Part shown: one piece after another, positions 15,059 to 23,347 of the stretch | Numbering within the stretch: position 1 is the stretch's first letter | Layout of the letters: each line of letters opens with the position of its first letter | DNA from: an uncultured Fusobacteriales bacterium | GTDB taxonomy: Bacteria; Fusobacteriota; Fusobacteriia; Fusobacteriales; JAAYPW01 | Length of the DNA: 24,020 nucleotides | Reading direction: 5' to 3' | NCBI GenBank assembly: GCA_964506865.1 | Contig: CAZDNU010000264.1 | Span: 1 to 24,020 of the forward strand | Made by a program: the position numbers and the translations under genes | Notes under the pieces: generated by a model | What the model saw: only the letters and a program-made list of their open reading frames with translations | Databases searched by the model: none | What the model was told of the DNA's origin: nothing

Positions 15059-15515
15059 TATAGACTTCCATGCTTTTTATAGCATCTTGCCTCGATAACT
15101 TTGGTTTATAAACTCTTTTAGAGGTTAACGCATCAAAAATATCATTGAAAAATAATATGCTCCCAAGAATATCTTGCAATATAATTTCTTGATTATGATG
15201 ATTCTTCACGAGGTACAATGTATCCAAACAAAATTGATTTGAATTTAAAATCCTAAAATATTTTAAAATTATTTTAACTGAAAGTTCAGGATGTTGTCTT
15301 ATTATTTTGTCACGTTCATAGCCACTTAGGCTACTTTTTTTAAATAAAATTCGCTTATCAATATTGAATTTTCCTATATCATGTAGCAAGCCGGCAAAAA
15401 AAACTATTAAAACTTCTCGCAATGGTAACTTAAATAATACAGCCATATTAACATTGGATATGGCAACTCTAAATGAATGTAGTATTATATCAAAAATGAT
15501 TTCTTTTATATACAT
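15036..15515 (-). CDS. HD-domain protein, HD-GYP-like but lacking the GYP loop
   Basis: Motifs HSFRVA, LLHDIGK, HPELS, HH, DIFDALTSKRVYK. Converges on the lipoprotein gene with a 23-bp overlap. Weak SD, so the start is uncertain. Confidence 0.8.
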   Translation of the reverse strand: MYIKEIIFDIILHSFRVAISNVNMAVLFKLPLREVLIVFFAGLLHDIGKFNIDKRILFKKSSLSGYERDKIIRQHPELSVKIILKYFRILNSNQFCLDTLYLVKNHHNQEIILQDILGSILFFNDIFDALTSKRVYKPKLSRQDAIKSMEVYINKNLYC

Positions 15516-15648
15516 TATCTCTAACTACTTATTTTTTAGTAGTTTCTTTCACCGCCTCCATACTTTGTTCAAAATTATATTGACATTATTTTGATTTTTT
15601 TCCCTCTATTATTTTGATTTTTTTACACTAAGCAAAGAGAAATAAAAG

Positions 15649-15677
15649 TTGAAAAAAAGAAAAAAATGTAATACAAT
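15649..15677 (+). promoter_or_regulatory. sigma70-type promoter upstream of the PIN-PhoH gene
   Basis: TTGAAA (15649-15654), 17-nt spacer, TACAAT (15672-15677). Confidence 0.55.
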
Positions 15678-15794
15678 ATACATGTAATTGGATAAAAATT
15701 CATATTTTTCTTGATTATCGCATAAAGATATGCTTCAATAGCTAGAAATTTCGAGCTTTACAAAGTCAAGAAATATTTTTAAGGGGGACATAAT

Positions 15795-17129
15795 TTGCAA
15801 AATTACATAGTTGACACAAACGTTATAATATCAAATCCATTATGTGCATTTAATTTCACCAATTCCAATATTATCATGCCAATCCATGTACTAGAAGAGT
15901 TGGATAAATTAAAAGTGAAATCTGATAACACAGGTTTTCGAGCAAGAAAATTTTTTAGATTTTTTAAAAAAATTGAACAAAAAGGAAATTTATTTGAAGG
16001 TATCTTAATTGATAATAATAATATTCTAAAAACAAAAATATTTTCACCTGAAGATAACTTACCTCAATCCTTTGATAAAGACTATACTGATAACAAAATA
16101 TTGAGTATGCTACTACAAGAAAAGTACAATTCATATATTTTACTCACTAATGATGTAAGCATGCGCGTAAAAGCCTCCGCCCTGGGTATAAAAACCAAGT
16201 TAATTGATTCATCAGAAAAACATAAGTTCAGTGAATTATATGATGGAATTTTAAAAATAAATGTAACAAAATATGCTCTCGATTCTTTTTATAAAAACAA
16301 AGAAATTTCTTTACATGATATTGGAGTTGATGAAATGCATCCAAATCAATTTTTTGTTGGTGAAAATGAACAAGGCTATGGAAAAATAATAGGTCGTTAT
16401 TCTGCAAAAGATGAAAAAGTTGTAAAACTCCATAATGAAAATATAGCGCCATATGGTATTGCTCCAAAAGATTTAAGTCAAAAATTTGCATATGAAGCTC
16501 TTTTACATCCTGATATTCCATTTATTACAATTACTTCTCGGCAGGGTTGTGGAAAAACTTTATTGGCTATGGCTGCAGCACTTGAGATGACTATTGAACA
16601 AAATATTTATTCAAAAATATTGATTGGAAAGGATACTGCTCCAATCGATAAATGGAACTATCAAGGTTTTACTACAGGGGATACTGAAGAAAAATTAATT
16701 ACACACTTCGGAAATTATATTACCACTTTGGAAAACATACAAAATATACAAAATAAGAGCACACGAAATGGCTTAGACATACTAAATGCTCTAAAAAATA
16801 GAAACAAATTAGATGTTTTAGATATATCTTCTATCTTGGGCTCTAGTTTTGTCAATAAAATCATTATAATCGATGAAGCACAGTCTTTTGACATACATGC
16901 AATGCGATCTATTATTACTCGTATTGGAAAAAACTGTAAACTAATCTTAATAGGCGATATAGGACAACAGACAATTGCACATGTCGATCCTGATAAATCG
17001 GGATTTTATGCTGCTATACAGTGGTTGAAAACCCTTGAAGAAACTGCTCATATAACTTTAAAAAAAGTGCATAGAGGTAGTTTTGTCGAGAAAGCCAGCA
17101 AGATATTTGATGATAATATGTTTGGATAA
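15795..17129 (+). CDS. PhoH-family protein with an N-terminal PIN domain (YlaK/PhoH2-like), divergent
   Basis: PIN motifs IVDTNVII, EELDKLK, DNKIL, LTNDVSMRVKA. Walker A SRQGCGKT, Walker B IIIDEAQ, LIGDIGQ. TTG start with SD AAGGGGG. Confidence 0.92.
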   Translation: MQNYIVDTNVIISNPLCAFNFTNSNIIMPIHVLEELDKLKVKSDNTGFRARKFFRFFKKIEQKGNLFEGILIDNNNILKTKIFSPEDNLPQSFDKDYTDNKILSMLLQEKYNSYILLTNDVSMRVKASALGIKTKLIDSSEKHKFSELYDGILKINVTKYALDSFYKNKEISLHDIGVDEMHPNQFFVGENEQGYGKIIGRYSAKDEKVVKLHNENIAPYGIAPKDLSQKFAYEALLHPDIPFITITSRQGCGKTLLAMAAALEMTIEQNIYSKILIGKDTAPIDKWNYQGFTTGDTEEKLITHFGNYITTLENIQNIQNKSTRNGLDILNALKNRNKLDVLDISSILGSSFVNKIIIIDEAQSFDIHAMRSIITRIGKNCKLILIGDIGQQTIAHVDPDKSGFYAAIQWLKTLEETAHITLKKVHRGSFVEKASKIFDDNMFG

Positions 17130-17278
17130 TTTCATAATAAATATCTTTTCTTTCCTGGAGATTAACCTTTACAAGGTTTTATTTGCAGGTTATTTCTTAT
17201 TTTTAAAGGATATTTTAAATGTTTTCAGTAAAAGTAATAGAGAAGTTTTATTTCTTTTTATTATATAAGGGGGCTAAA

Positions 17279-18976
17279 ATGAAAATAAAGCAAAAGATAG
17301 ATATTTATTTTATAATTGTAAATTTGATGATATTTTCTTTTTTTTATATTACATACAAAGCATTTACAGATAAGCTCTATTCTGCATTAGATGATAAAGT
17401 GAAAATATTGTCCGAATCACTTTTGGATGAGTATACAAATATGCGTTCAAGAGATAATTTTTTAACTAATCTTATTCTGCAAAACAATGATTTGGATAAA
17501 TTTTTGGATGCAAAATCTAATAAACGTGATTTCGAAACTACTTTGAAAAATATTCTAAAAAATTATAAAAATCATAATATAGAAAACATTTATATAACAA
17601 ATAATATCGGAAAAAATGTTTTTTCTTTATATAAATTAAATCACGAAAATTCGAAAAACATTTTAATAGAAAAATACAGACTTGCTGAAAATAATATTTT
17701 TTTTGTTATAAATTATGAAGATATTTTTGAAAATTCTTTAGCATCTATCGGTGAAGACTACAAGGTAAGCATATACGATTATAAAAATCAAGTTTTTGTA
17801 GATTTTAACAAAAATCTTGTAAAAATTTTTGATGTTGATCAAGTAAAAAATAAAAAAAAGCCTATATCAAATAAAAATGCTATGTATACTTCTATTAAAG
17901 ATGATATCAAAGTTGTTGTAAATTATAAAAAAAGTGCTGGTAATAGTTTTTACATGCTCATTATAAGTATTGTTTCCTTTGCAATTTTATTTATAGTTTT
18001 GAAAATAAAAATGAAACAAAGTATATTAAAACCTGTGGAAAGACTTACAGAGCATATGAAAAAATTAGCAGAAGGTGATATCAAAAATATTTATGAAATT
18101 CGAATACCGGAAAATCCGAATAAGAGAAATGAATTAGATGAAGTTTCAGTATACTATAATAAATTTTTAGCAAACTTTAAAACTGTATTAAACAAAATAA
18201 CTCATGGTGCAGATGCTATAATGGAATCATCAAAAGAAATAAACGCGGCTAATCAAAGTATTGCTGAAAAAGCATCTGTGCAAGCTAATTCTCTTGAAAA
18301 AACTTCTACTGAAATGGAATATATACGGAAAAGGGTAGCCTCCAATACAAAAGAGACTAATATGGCAAATTCTCTTACAGAAAAAACAAAAAATAATACT
18401 GCCAGAGCAGGAGTGCTTTCTACTGGTCTAAAAAAATCTATTTCTGCTATTACTGAAAGTTCGAAAAAAATAGAAAGCATTATAGATGTGATAAATGATA
18501 TTGCATTCCAAACCAATCTACTTGCTCTAAATGCCGCTGTAGAAGCTGCTAGAGCCGGAGAACAAGGAAAAGGATTTGCTGTTGTAGCATCCGAGGTGCG
18601 AAATTTATCTCAAAAAACAAGTTTAGCTGCAAAACAGATAAAATCCCATATAAAAAAAAGCGTAGAAAGAGTCGATGAGGGACAAATATTAGTTGACACT
18701 ACTATAGCAGGATTATCTAAAATAGTTAATGAAGTCAAAATGGTTAGTGATGTTATCAATAAGATTGCTATCTCCGCCGAAGATCAGTATAATAGCATAG
18801 AAAATGTGAATCGAGCAATTTTTGAGCTAGATGAAATAACTCAAACTAATGCTGGTGTGTCACAAGAAACTTCTGCCGCTACAACTATTTTATATAATCA
18901 AGCAAAAGATTTTATTAATATGCTGAAATTTTTTGATAGTACTTTAAATTTTACTGAAATAAAAGAAAAAAAATAA
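17279..18976 (+). CDS. Methyl-accepting chemotaxis protein (TM - extracytoplasmic sensor - TM - HAMP - MA)
   Basis: Signalling hairpin [36 protein letters not shown] and two TM helices. The start is moved from the track's 17219 to ATG 17279 because of the SD AAGGGGG. Confidence 0.95.
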   Translation: MKIKQKIDIYFIIVNLMIFSFFYITYKAFTDKLYSALDDKVKILSESLLDEYTNMRSRDNFLTNLILQNNDLDKFLDAKSNKRDFETTLKNILKNYKNHNIENIYITNNIGKNVFSLYKLNHENSKNILIEKYRLAENNIFFVINYEDIFENSLASIGEDYKVSIYDYKNQVFVDFNKNLVKIFDVDQVKNKKKPISNKNAMYTSIKDDIKVVVNYKKSAGNSFYMLIISIVSFAILFIVLKIKMKQSILKPVERLTEHMKKLAEGDIKNIYEIRIPENPNKRNELDEVSVYYNKFLANFKTVLNKITHGADAIMESSKEINAANQSIAEKASVQANSLEKTSTEMEYIRKRVASNTKETNMANSLTEKTKNNTARAGVLSTGLKKSISAITESSKKIESIIDVINDIAFQTNLLALNAAVEAARAGEQGKGFAVVASEVRNLSQKTSLAAKQIKSHIKKSVERVDEGQILVDTTIAGLSKIVNEVKMVSDVINKIAISAEDQYNSIENVNRAIFELDEITQTNAGVSQETSAATTILYNQAKDFINMLKFFDSTLNFTEIKEKK

Positions 18977-19024
18977 AAAAATTTTGCTAATTCATTTAGA
19001 AATAATCAAATATAGTTTCACAAT

Positions 19025-19066
19025 ATAGAGTGTCTTAATACAAAATTTGACACTCTGTTTATGTTT
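19025..19066 (+). terminator. Probable intrinsic terminator after the MCP (or an inverted-repeat operator)
   Basis: AGAGTGTC (19027-19034) / GACACTCT (19049-19056) perfect inverted repeat with a 14-nt loop, followed by GTTTATGTTT. Confidence 0.5.
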
Positions 19067-19124
19067 CTAAAAATTCTTTGTCCGTATATATAGTAACTTT
19101 GTACTCCTGGTGTAGAAAAAATTC

Positions 19125-19153
19125 TTGTATAATATTTCACTTTATGCTATAAT
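19125..19153 (+). promoter_or_regulatory. sigma70-type promoter of purE
   Basis: TTGTAT (19125-19130), 17-nt spacer, TATAAT (19148-19153), with extended -10 TGc. Confidence 0.7.
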
Positions 19154-19204
19154 GGTATAAAGCGAGAGTATCTAAACAAAATATTATATATATGGAGGTA
19201 ATAA

Positions 19205-19723
19205 ATGTCTTTAGTTAGTATTATTATGGGGAGTGACTCCGATTTAAAAGTAATGTCAGAATGTGCCAAATTATTAGAGAGTTTTGATATTTCATATGAA
19301 ATCAACGTCTATAGTGCCCACAGATGTACAGAAGAAGCTCTAGGATATGTAGAAGATGCTGAAAAAAGAGGGATAGAAGTTATCATAGGAGCTGCAGGTA
19401 AGGCTGCACATCTTCCAGGTGTTTTAGCTTCTCACACAAATCTACCTGTAATAGGAGTACCAATGAAGACTTCTGATCTAGGTGGAGTCGATTCTTTATA
19501 CTCTATTGTACAAATGCCTACAGGTATACCTGTAGCTACTGTAGCCATTGGTGCCACAGGTGCTAAAAATGCTGCTATTCTTGCGTTAAAAATATTAGGT
19601 ATTAAGTATGACAAGTATAAAGAAAAAATAGAAACATATCGTGAAGATATGAAAAATGATACTTTAGAAAAAAATTCTAAGCTTCAAAAACTTGGATACA
19701 AAAAATATTTAGAACAAATGTAA
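19205..19723 (+). CDS. purE: N5-carboxyaminoimidazole ribonucleotide mutase
   Basis: IIMGSDSD, SAHR, AGKAAHLPGV, PVIGVP, SIVQMPTGIPVATV. SD GGAGGT. Confidence 0.97.
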   Translation: MSLVSIIMGSDSDLKVMSECAKLLESFDISYEINVYSAHRCTEEALGYVEDAEKRGIEVIIGAAGKAAHLPGVLASHTNLPVIGVPMKTSDLGGVDSLYSIVQMPTGIPVATVAIGATGAKNAAILALKILGIKYDKYKEKIETYREDMKNDTLEKNSKLQKLGYKKYLEQM

Positions 19724-19755
19724 TAAAGAAAATTAAAATGAAAGGAGTTAAATTA

Positions 19756-21636
19756 ATGACAAAACAAGAATTAATGAGTAAAATGATTTTACCAAAAGAG
19801 CTTGAGGCAGTTTTAAAAAATTCAAATAAAAATATTATAATCCCAGAAAGCAGAGAAGAATTATTTGAAATGGCAACGGGAGGTAAAGATAATGATTTTT
19901 TTGAAGTTGCATATGATGTAGAAGGCAAAGGAAGAGTAGTGGAAGCTACTGTAGCAAAATGTAAAAATGGAGCAGCAGTCAATTACTTGGAAGCATATAT
20001 GAGAAGAAGAGATCCTGAATGTATGAAAATTGCAGATGACTTACCAACTGATAAACCTAAATTCGAAGATACTTATGGTGAAAAATTTGATAGTTTAAGA
20101 GCAGATACTTTTAAGTGGTTCGAAAGTCAAGATTTGATTGTAATGCCATTTATGTCTGGAGGGAAAAAGCTTGGTTACGATTCATTATTAGTAGCTCCGG
20201 CAAATGCTGGGTTCTTTGCAGCTGGGTTAAGCGATCTTCAAGAGTTTATTCCTGCAAGTGAAATCCAAGAAGGATTTAAGCCAAGAGCTATACTTTATCT
20301 TGCACCTACGTTTAGACATACTTATTTCAATGGTAAACAAGCAGTTATACATAATAGATTGGATCAAATGCATGAAGAATTTTGCTACAATCTATATCCA
20401 GGACCAAGTGCAAAAAAAGGAGTATATGGAGTACTTCTAACAATAGGAGAAGAAGAGGGCTGGGTAACTAACCATACATCAGCTGTTCGAATAAAAACTC
20501 CTTACCAAAACACATTAAATATAATGCATGAAGGTGCTAGTGGTGGTGGGAAAAGTGAGATGTTAGAACCAATCCACAAACAGCAAGATGGTAAAATATT
20601 GCTTGGTAAAAATGTTATAACAGGAGAAGAAGAGATAATAGAGTTACAAGAAGAAAGTGAATTGGAACCATTAGCAGACGATATGGCTATGTGTCATCCA
20701 AGTATACAAGATGGAAAGAAAATAGTACTAACAGATGCAGAAGCTGGTTGGTTCTTAAGAATAGATCATATACAACACTATGGAACTGATCCGTATTTAG
20801 AAAGACTTTGTACAGAACCTAAAAAACCATTAATCTTTTTAAATATGGATGGAGTACCTAATTCAACTTGTTTGATATGGGAACATACAATGGATACTCC
20901 TGAAAAAAGATGTCCAAATCCAAGAGTAGTTATGCCAAGAGATCTTATACCAAATATAGTAAATGAGCCTGTAGCTATAGATGTAAGAAGTTTTGGAACT
21001 AGAATGCCGCCTTGTACAAAAGAAAAGCCAACATACGGAGTTATGGGTATGATGCATATAATTCCACCTGCTTTAGCATGGATATGGAGATTAGTCGCTC
21101 CAAGAGGATTTGCTAATCCAAGTATAGTAGATACAGGAGCTATGAGCAGTGAAGGTGTTGGATCATATTGGGCATTTGCTACTGGAAAAATGGTAAAACA
21201 AGCAAATTTACTGTTAGATCAAATTTTAAAAACTCCAGAAACTAGATATATTCTACTTCCAAATCAACATATAGGAAGTTATAAAGTAGGATTTGCTGCT
21301 GAATGGTTGACAAGGGAATACCTATCTAGAAAGGGTGGAGTAAAATTAGAACATGAAAAAGTATCAGCAGCAAGATGTTCATTATTTGGTTATTCGCTAG
21401 ATGCTATGAAATTAGATGGTCACAAAATTAGAAAAGAGTTCTTACATCCTGAGTTGCAGCCAGAAGTAGGAATAGAAGCATATGATAAAGGAGCTTCTAT
21501 TTTAACTAATTTCTTTAAAGAAGAGTTAAAAAAATTCAATACACCAGAATTAGACGAACTAGGACAAAAAATAATAAACTTAGTAATGAATGATGCTCCA
21601 GTTGAGGAATATGAAAAATTAACACCAATGAAATAA
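19756..21636 (+). CDS. DUF4914-family protein with a P-loop-like motif; PEP carboxykinase-like fold suspected
   Basis: Recognised family motifs YMRRRDP, PTDKP, YNLYPGPSAKKGVYG, HEGASGGGKSEM, CPNPRVV, PRGFANPSI. The start is moved from 19738 to ATG 19756 because of the SD AAGGAG. The fold assignment is inference. Confidence 0.82.
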   Translation: MTKQELMSKMILPKELEAVLKNSNKNIIIPESREELFEMATGGKDNDFFEVAYDVEGKGRVVEATVAKCKNGAAVNYLEAYMRRRDPECMKIADDLPTDKPKFEDTYGEKFDSLRADTFKWFESQDLIVMPFMSGGKKLGYDSLLVAPANAGFFAAGLSDLQEFIPASEIQEGFKPRAILYLAPTFRHTYFNGKQAVIHNRLDQMHEEFCYNLYPGPSAKKGVYGVLLTIGEEEGWVTNHTSAVRIKTPYQNTLNIMHEGASGGGKSEMLEPIHKQQDGKILLGKNVITGEEEIIELQEESELEPLADDMAMCHPSIQDGKKIVLTDAEAGWFLRIDHIQHYGTDPYLERLCTEPKKPLIFLNMDGVPNSTCLIWEHTMDTPEKRCPNPRVVMPRDLIPNIVNEPVAIDVRSFGTRMPPCTKEKPTYGVMGMMHIIPPALAWIWRLVAPRGFANPSIVDTGAMSSEGVGSYWAFATGKMVKQANLLLDQILKTPETRYILLPNQHIGSYKVGFAAEWLTREYLSRKGGVKLEHEKVSAARCSLFGYSLDAMKLDGHKIRKEFLHPELQPEVGIEAYDKGASILTNFFKEELKKFNTPELDELGQKIINLVMNDAPVEEYEKLTPMK

Positions 21637-21648
21637 TATATTAATAAT

Positions 21649-21681
21649 GGTCGCTTAAATTAATTTTTAAGCGACTTTTTA
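21649..21681 (+). terminator. Intrinsic terminator after the DUF4914 gene
   Basis: GTCGCTTAAA (21650-21659) / TTTAAGCGAC (21666-21675) 10-bp stem, 6-nt loop, followed by TTTTT. Confidence 0.85.
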
Positions 21682-21689
21682 TATTATAC

Positions 21690-21719
21690 TTGATTTTTGC
21701 ATAATATATATATTACAAT
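21690..21719 (+). promoter_or_regulatory. Possible promoter of the ferredoxin gene
   Basis: TTGATT, 18-nt spacer, TACAAT; about 38 nt before the ATG. The AT-rich context makes a chance match possible. Confidence 0.4.
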
Positions 21720-21756
21720 AGAGTAGACTATTAAATTGAAAAAGGAGGTTACAAAA

Positions 21757-21933
21757 ATGGCACATGTAATTAATAAAGAGGAATGTATAGGTTGTGGAGC
21801 TTGTGAACCAGTTTGTCCAGTATCTTGTATTTCGGAAGTAGAAGATGAAAAAAGAGTTATCGATGAATCAGTTTGTATTGATTGTGGAGCCTGTGCAGGT
21901 GTTTGTCCAGTATCTTGTATTAGCCAATTATAA
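21757..21933 (+). CDS. Clostridial-type 2[4Fe-4S] ferredoxin, 58 aa
   Basis: Two CxxCxxCxxxCP motifs (CIGCGACEPVCP, CIDCGACAGVCP). SD AAGGAGGT places the start at ATG 21757 rather than TTG 21736. Confidence 0.96.
   Translation: MAHVINKEECIGCGACEPVCPVSCISEVEDEKRVIDESVCIDCGACAGVCPVSCISQL
21811..21921 (+). repeat. 21-bp perfect direct repeat within the ferredoxin gene, 90-bp period
   Basis: GTTTGTCCAGTATCTTGTATT at 21811-21831 and 21901-21921, encoding VCPVSCI twice. Confidence 0.9.
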
Positions 21934-21943
21934 CCTGATATTT

Positions 21944-21983
21944 AATTCAGTGGGATTTTTCCTAATCTCCCACTGAATTTTTT
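21944..21983. terminator. Terminator between the convergent ferredoxin and kinase genes, possibly bidirectional
   Basis: AATTCAGTGGGA (21944-21955) / TCCCACTGAATT (21968-21979) 12-bp stem followed by a T-run on the + strand. The right arm lies in the last codons of the kinase. Confidence 0.8.
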
Positions 21984-23347
21984 GGCAATACAACTGTAAA
22001 ACTAGTTCCAATCCCTTCATTACTTTCAATTAATATTTTTCCTTTATGCAGTTTAACTACAAATTCAGCTATTGCTAAGCCTAAGCCAGTTCCTGATTTT
22101 TTAGTAGTTCGAACAACATTTTCACGATAAAATCTCTCAAATATTTTTCCAACGTTATCAGCCTTTATTCCAATCCCATTATCTTCTATTTTTATGTACA
22201 CATTATAATCATCTTGGTATGAGCTTACCTCTACAAATCCACCTTTTTTATTGTACTTTATACCATTAGAAATTAAATTTATAGCTACTCGCTTTAATTT
22301 GTTTATATCCCCTTGATATACGATAGATTCAATATTATCTCCAACTAACTTTATTTCATTTTCCTCTGCAAAAAAGTCCATTAATTCCAACACATCTTCT
22401 AACATATTTTTTATATCAAAATTTTCCACAGATAAATTAGCTTTACCCGATTCCATGCGTGTCATCAAGAGTAAATCATTTATTATATTTACCAACCAGT
22501 TAACTTCTTCTAATATATCAATTAAAGCTTCTTTGTATTCCTCAGAACTTCTAGTCTCTATAAGTTCTACTTCTATTGTATTTTTTATTGATGTAATTGG
22601 AGTTTTTAGTTCATGCGACACATCAGAAGTAAACTGCTTTATTCGAGTAAAGCTAGATTCCATTCGATCCAGCATATTATTAAATATATCAATCATTTCG
22701 TCAATCTCTTTTGTATTATACTTTTCCTCTATTCTATACTGAAAATTATCTTTTTCAATTTTTTGTGCAACATTTCCTACTTTATTTACAGCACTTAATA
22801 CTCTTTGAATAGCAAAATTAGATGACGATATAAATATTACAAATAAGGTTATCATAATTATTGTAAAAAGCAAGATAATCTTATTTAATGTATCTTTTAG
22901 ACTGCCAATCTCTTTTGCTACTATCAAAAAATAATCTCTTCCATAAAATTTATATGGATAAATTATTACTCTACTATTATTATATGTTTTCAAGATAACT
23001 TTTAAATTAAAGATTGTCTTCAATTCTTCATTTTCAAACGCAACCTTGAAATCAGGATTATTTACATATAAAGGTCTTCCTTCTCTATTTAAAACGGCTA
23101 CATTTAAATTTTTTGGAGTAATACCTTCAAGTTCTCCAAAAAAAAGATCAATAGGAGTAAATTTTTCTTGAATACTATTTTTCAATATTTCAGCCGAAGT
23201 AAGTAAATTTGAATCAACATCTGATAAAACATACTTTTCTAAAAAATGATAAAAACTAAAACTAAGTATTATTAATATAAAAAAACTAAAAATAGAGTTT
23301 ATTAATAATATTTTACCTCTAATTCCTAAGCTTTCTATTCTTTTAAT
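21962..23347 (-). CDS. Sensor histidine kinase (TM - TM - HAMP - HisKA - HATPase), CusS/CzcS/ArlS-like; probable non-canonical ATT start
   Basis: H-box FTSDVSHELKTPIT, N-box NLISNGIKYN, G-boxes DNGIGI, FERFYR, GTGLGLAI. The frame stays open upstream of TTG 23185 and encodes the missing first TM helix. SD GAGGAG lies 10 nt before ATT 23347. The start position is inferred. Confidence 0.85.
   Translation of the reverse strand: MKRIESLGIRGKILLINSIFSFFILIILSFSFYHFLEKYVLSDVDSNLLTSAEILKNSIQEKFTPIDLFFGELEGITPKNLNVAVLNREGRPLYVNNPDFKVAFENEELKTIFNLKVILKTYNNSRVIIYPYKFYGRDYFLIVAKEIGSLKDTLNKIILLFTIIMITLFVIFISSSNFAIQRVLSAVNKVGNVAQKIEKDNFQYRIEEKYNTKEIDEMIDIFNNMLDRMESSFTRIKQFTSDVSHELKTPITSIKNTIEVELIETRSSEEYKEALIDILEEVNWLVNIINDLLLMTRMESGKANLSVENFDIKNMLEDVLELMDFFAEENEIKLVGDNIESIVYQGDINKLKRVAINLISNGIKYNKKGGFVEVSSYQDDYNVYIKIEDNGIGIKADNVGKIFERFYRENVVRTTKKSGTGLGLAIAEFVVKLHKGKILIESNEGIGTSFTVVLPKNSVGD

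Noticed and set aside
15529-15561. 10-codon upstream ORF (MEAVKETTKK, minus strand) and a 7-bp hairpin before the HD gene
   Set aside because: No SD for the mini-ORF, it is out of frame with the HD gene, and an in-frame TAG blocks extension. Compatible with chance in AT-rich DNA.
15580-15612. Perfect TTGACA hexamer on the + strand
   Set aside because: The nearest -10-like hexamer (TATTAT) is 21 nt away, outside the normal spacing. The TTGACA at 19047 likewise lacks a well-spaced -10.
19154-19204. Purine or ZTP riboswitch ahead of purE
   Set aside because: The predicted leader is only about 45 nt and contains no consensus elements.
11872-22798. Other short track ORFs overlapping real genes (11872, 15364, 16228, 17083, 18253, 19432, 19677, 20258, 20863, 22455, 22613)
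   Set aside because: Antisense or alternate-frame overlaps of well-supported CDSs, with low-complexity translations.
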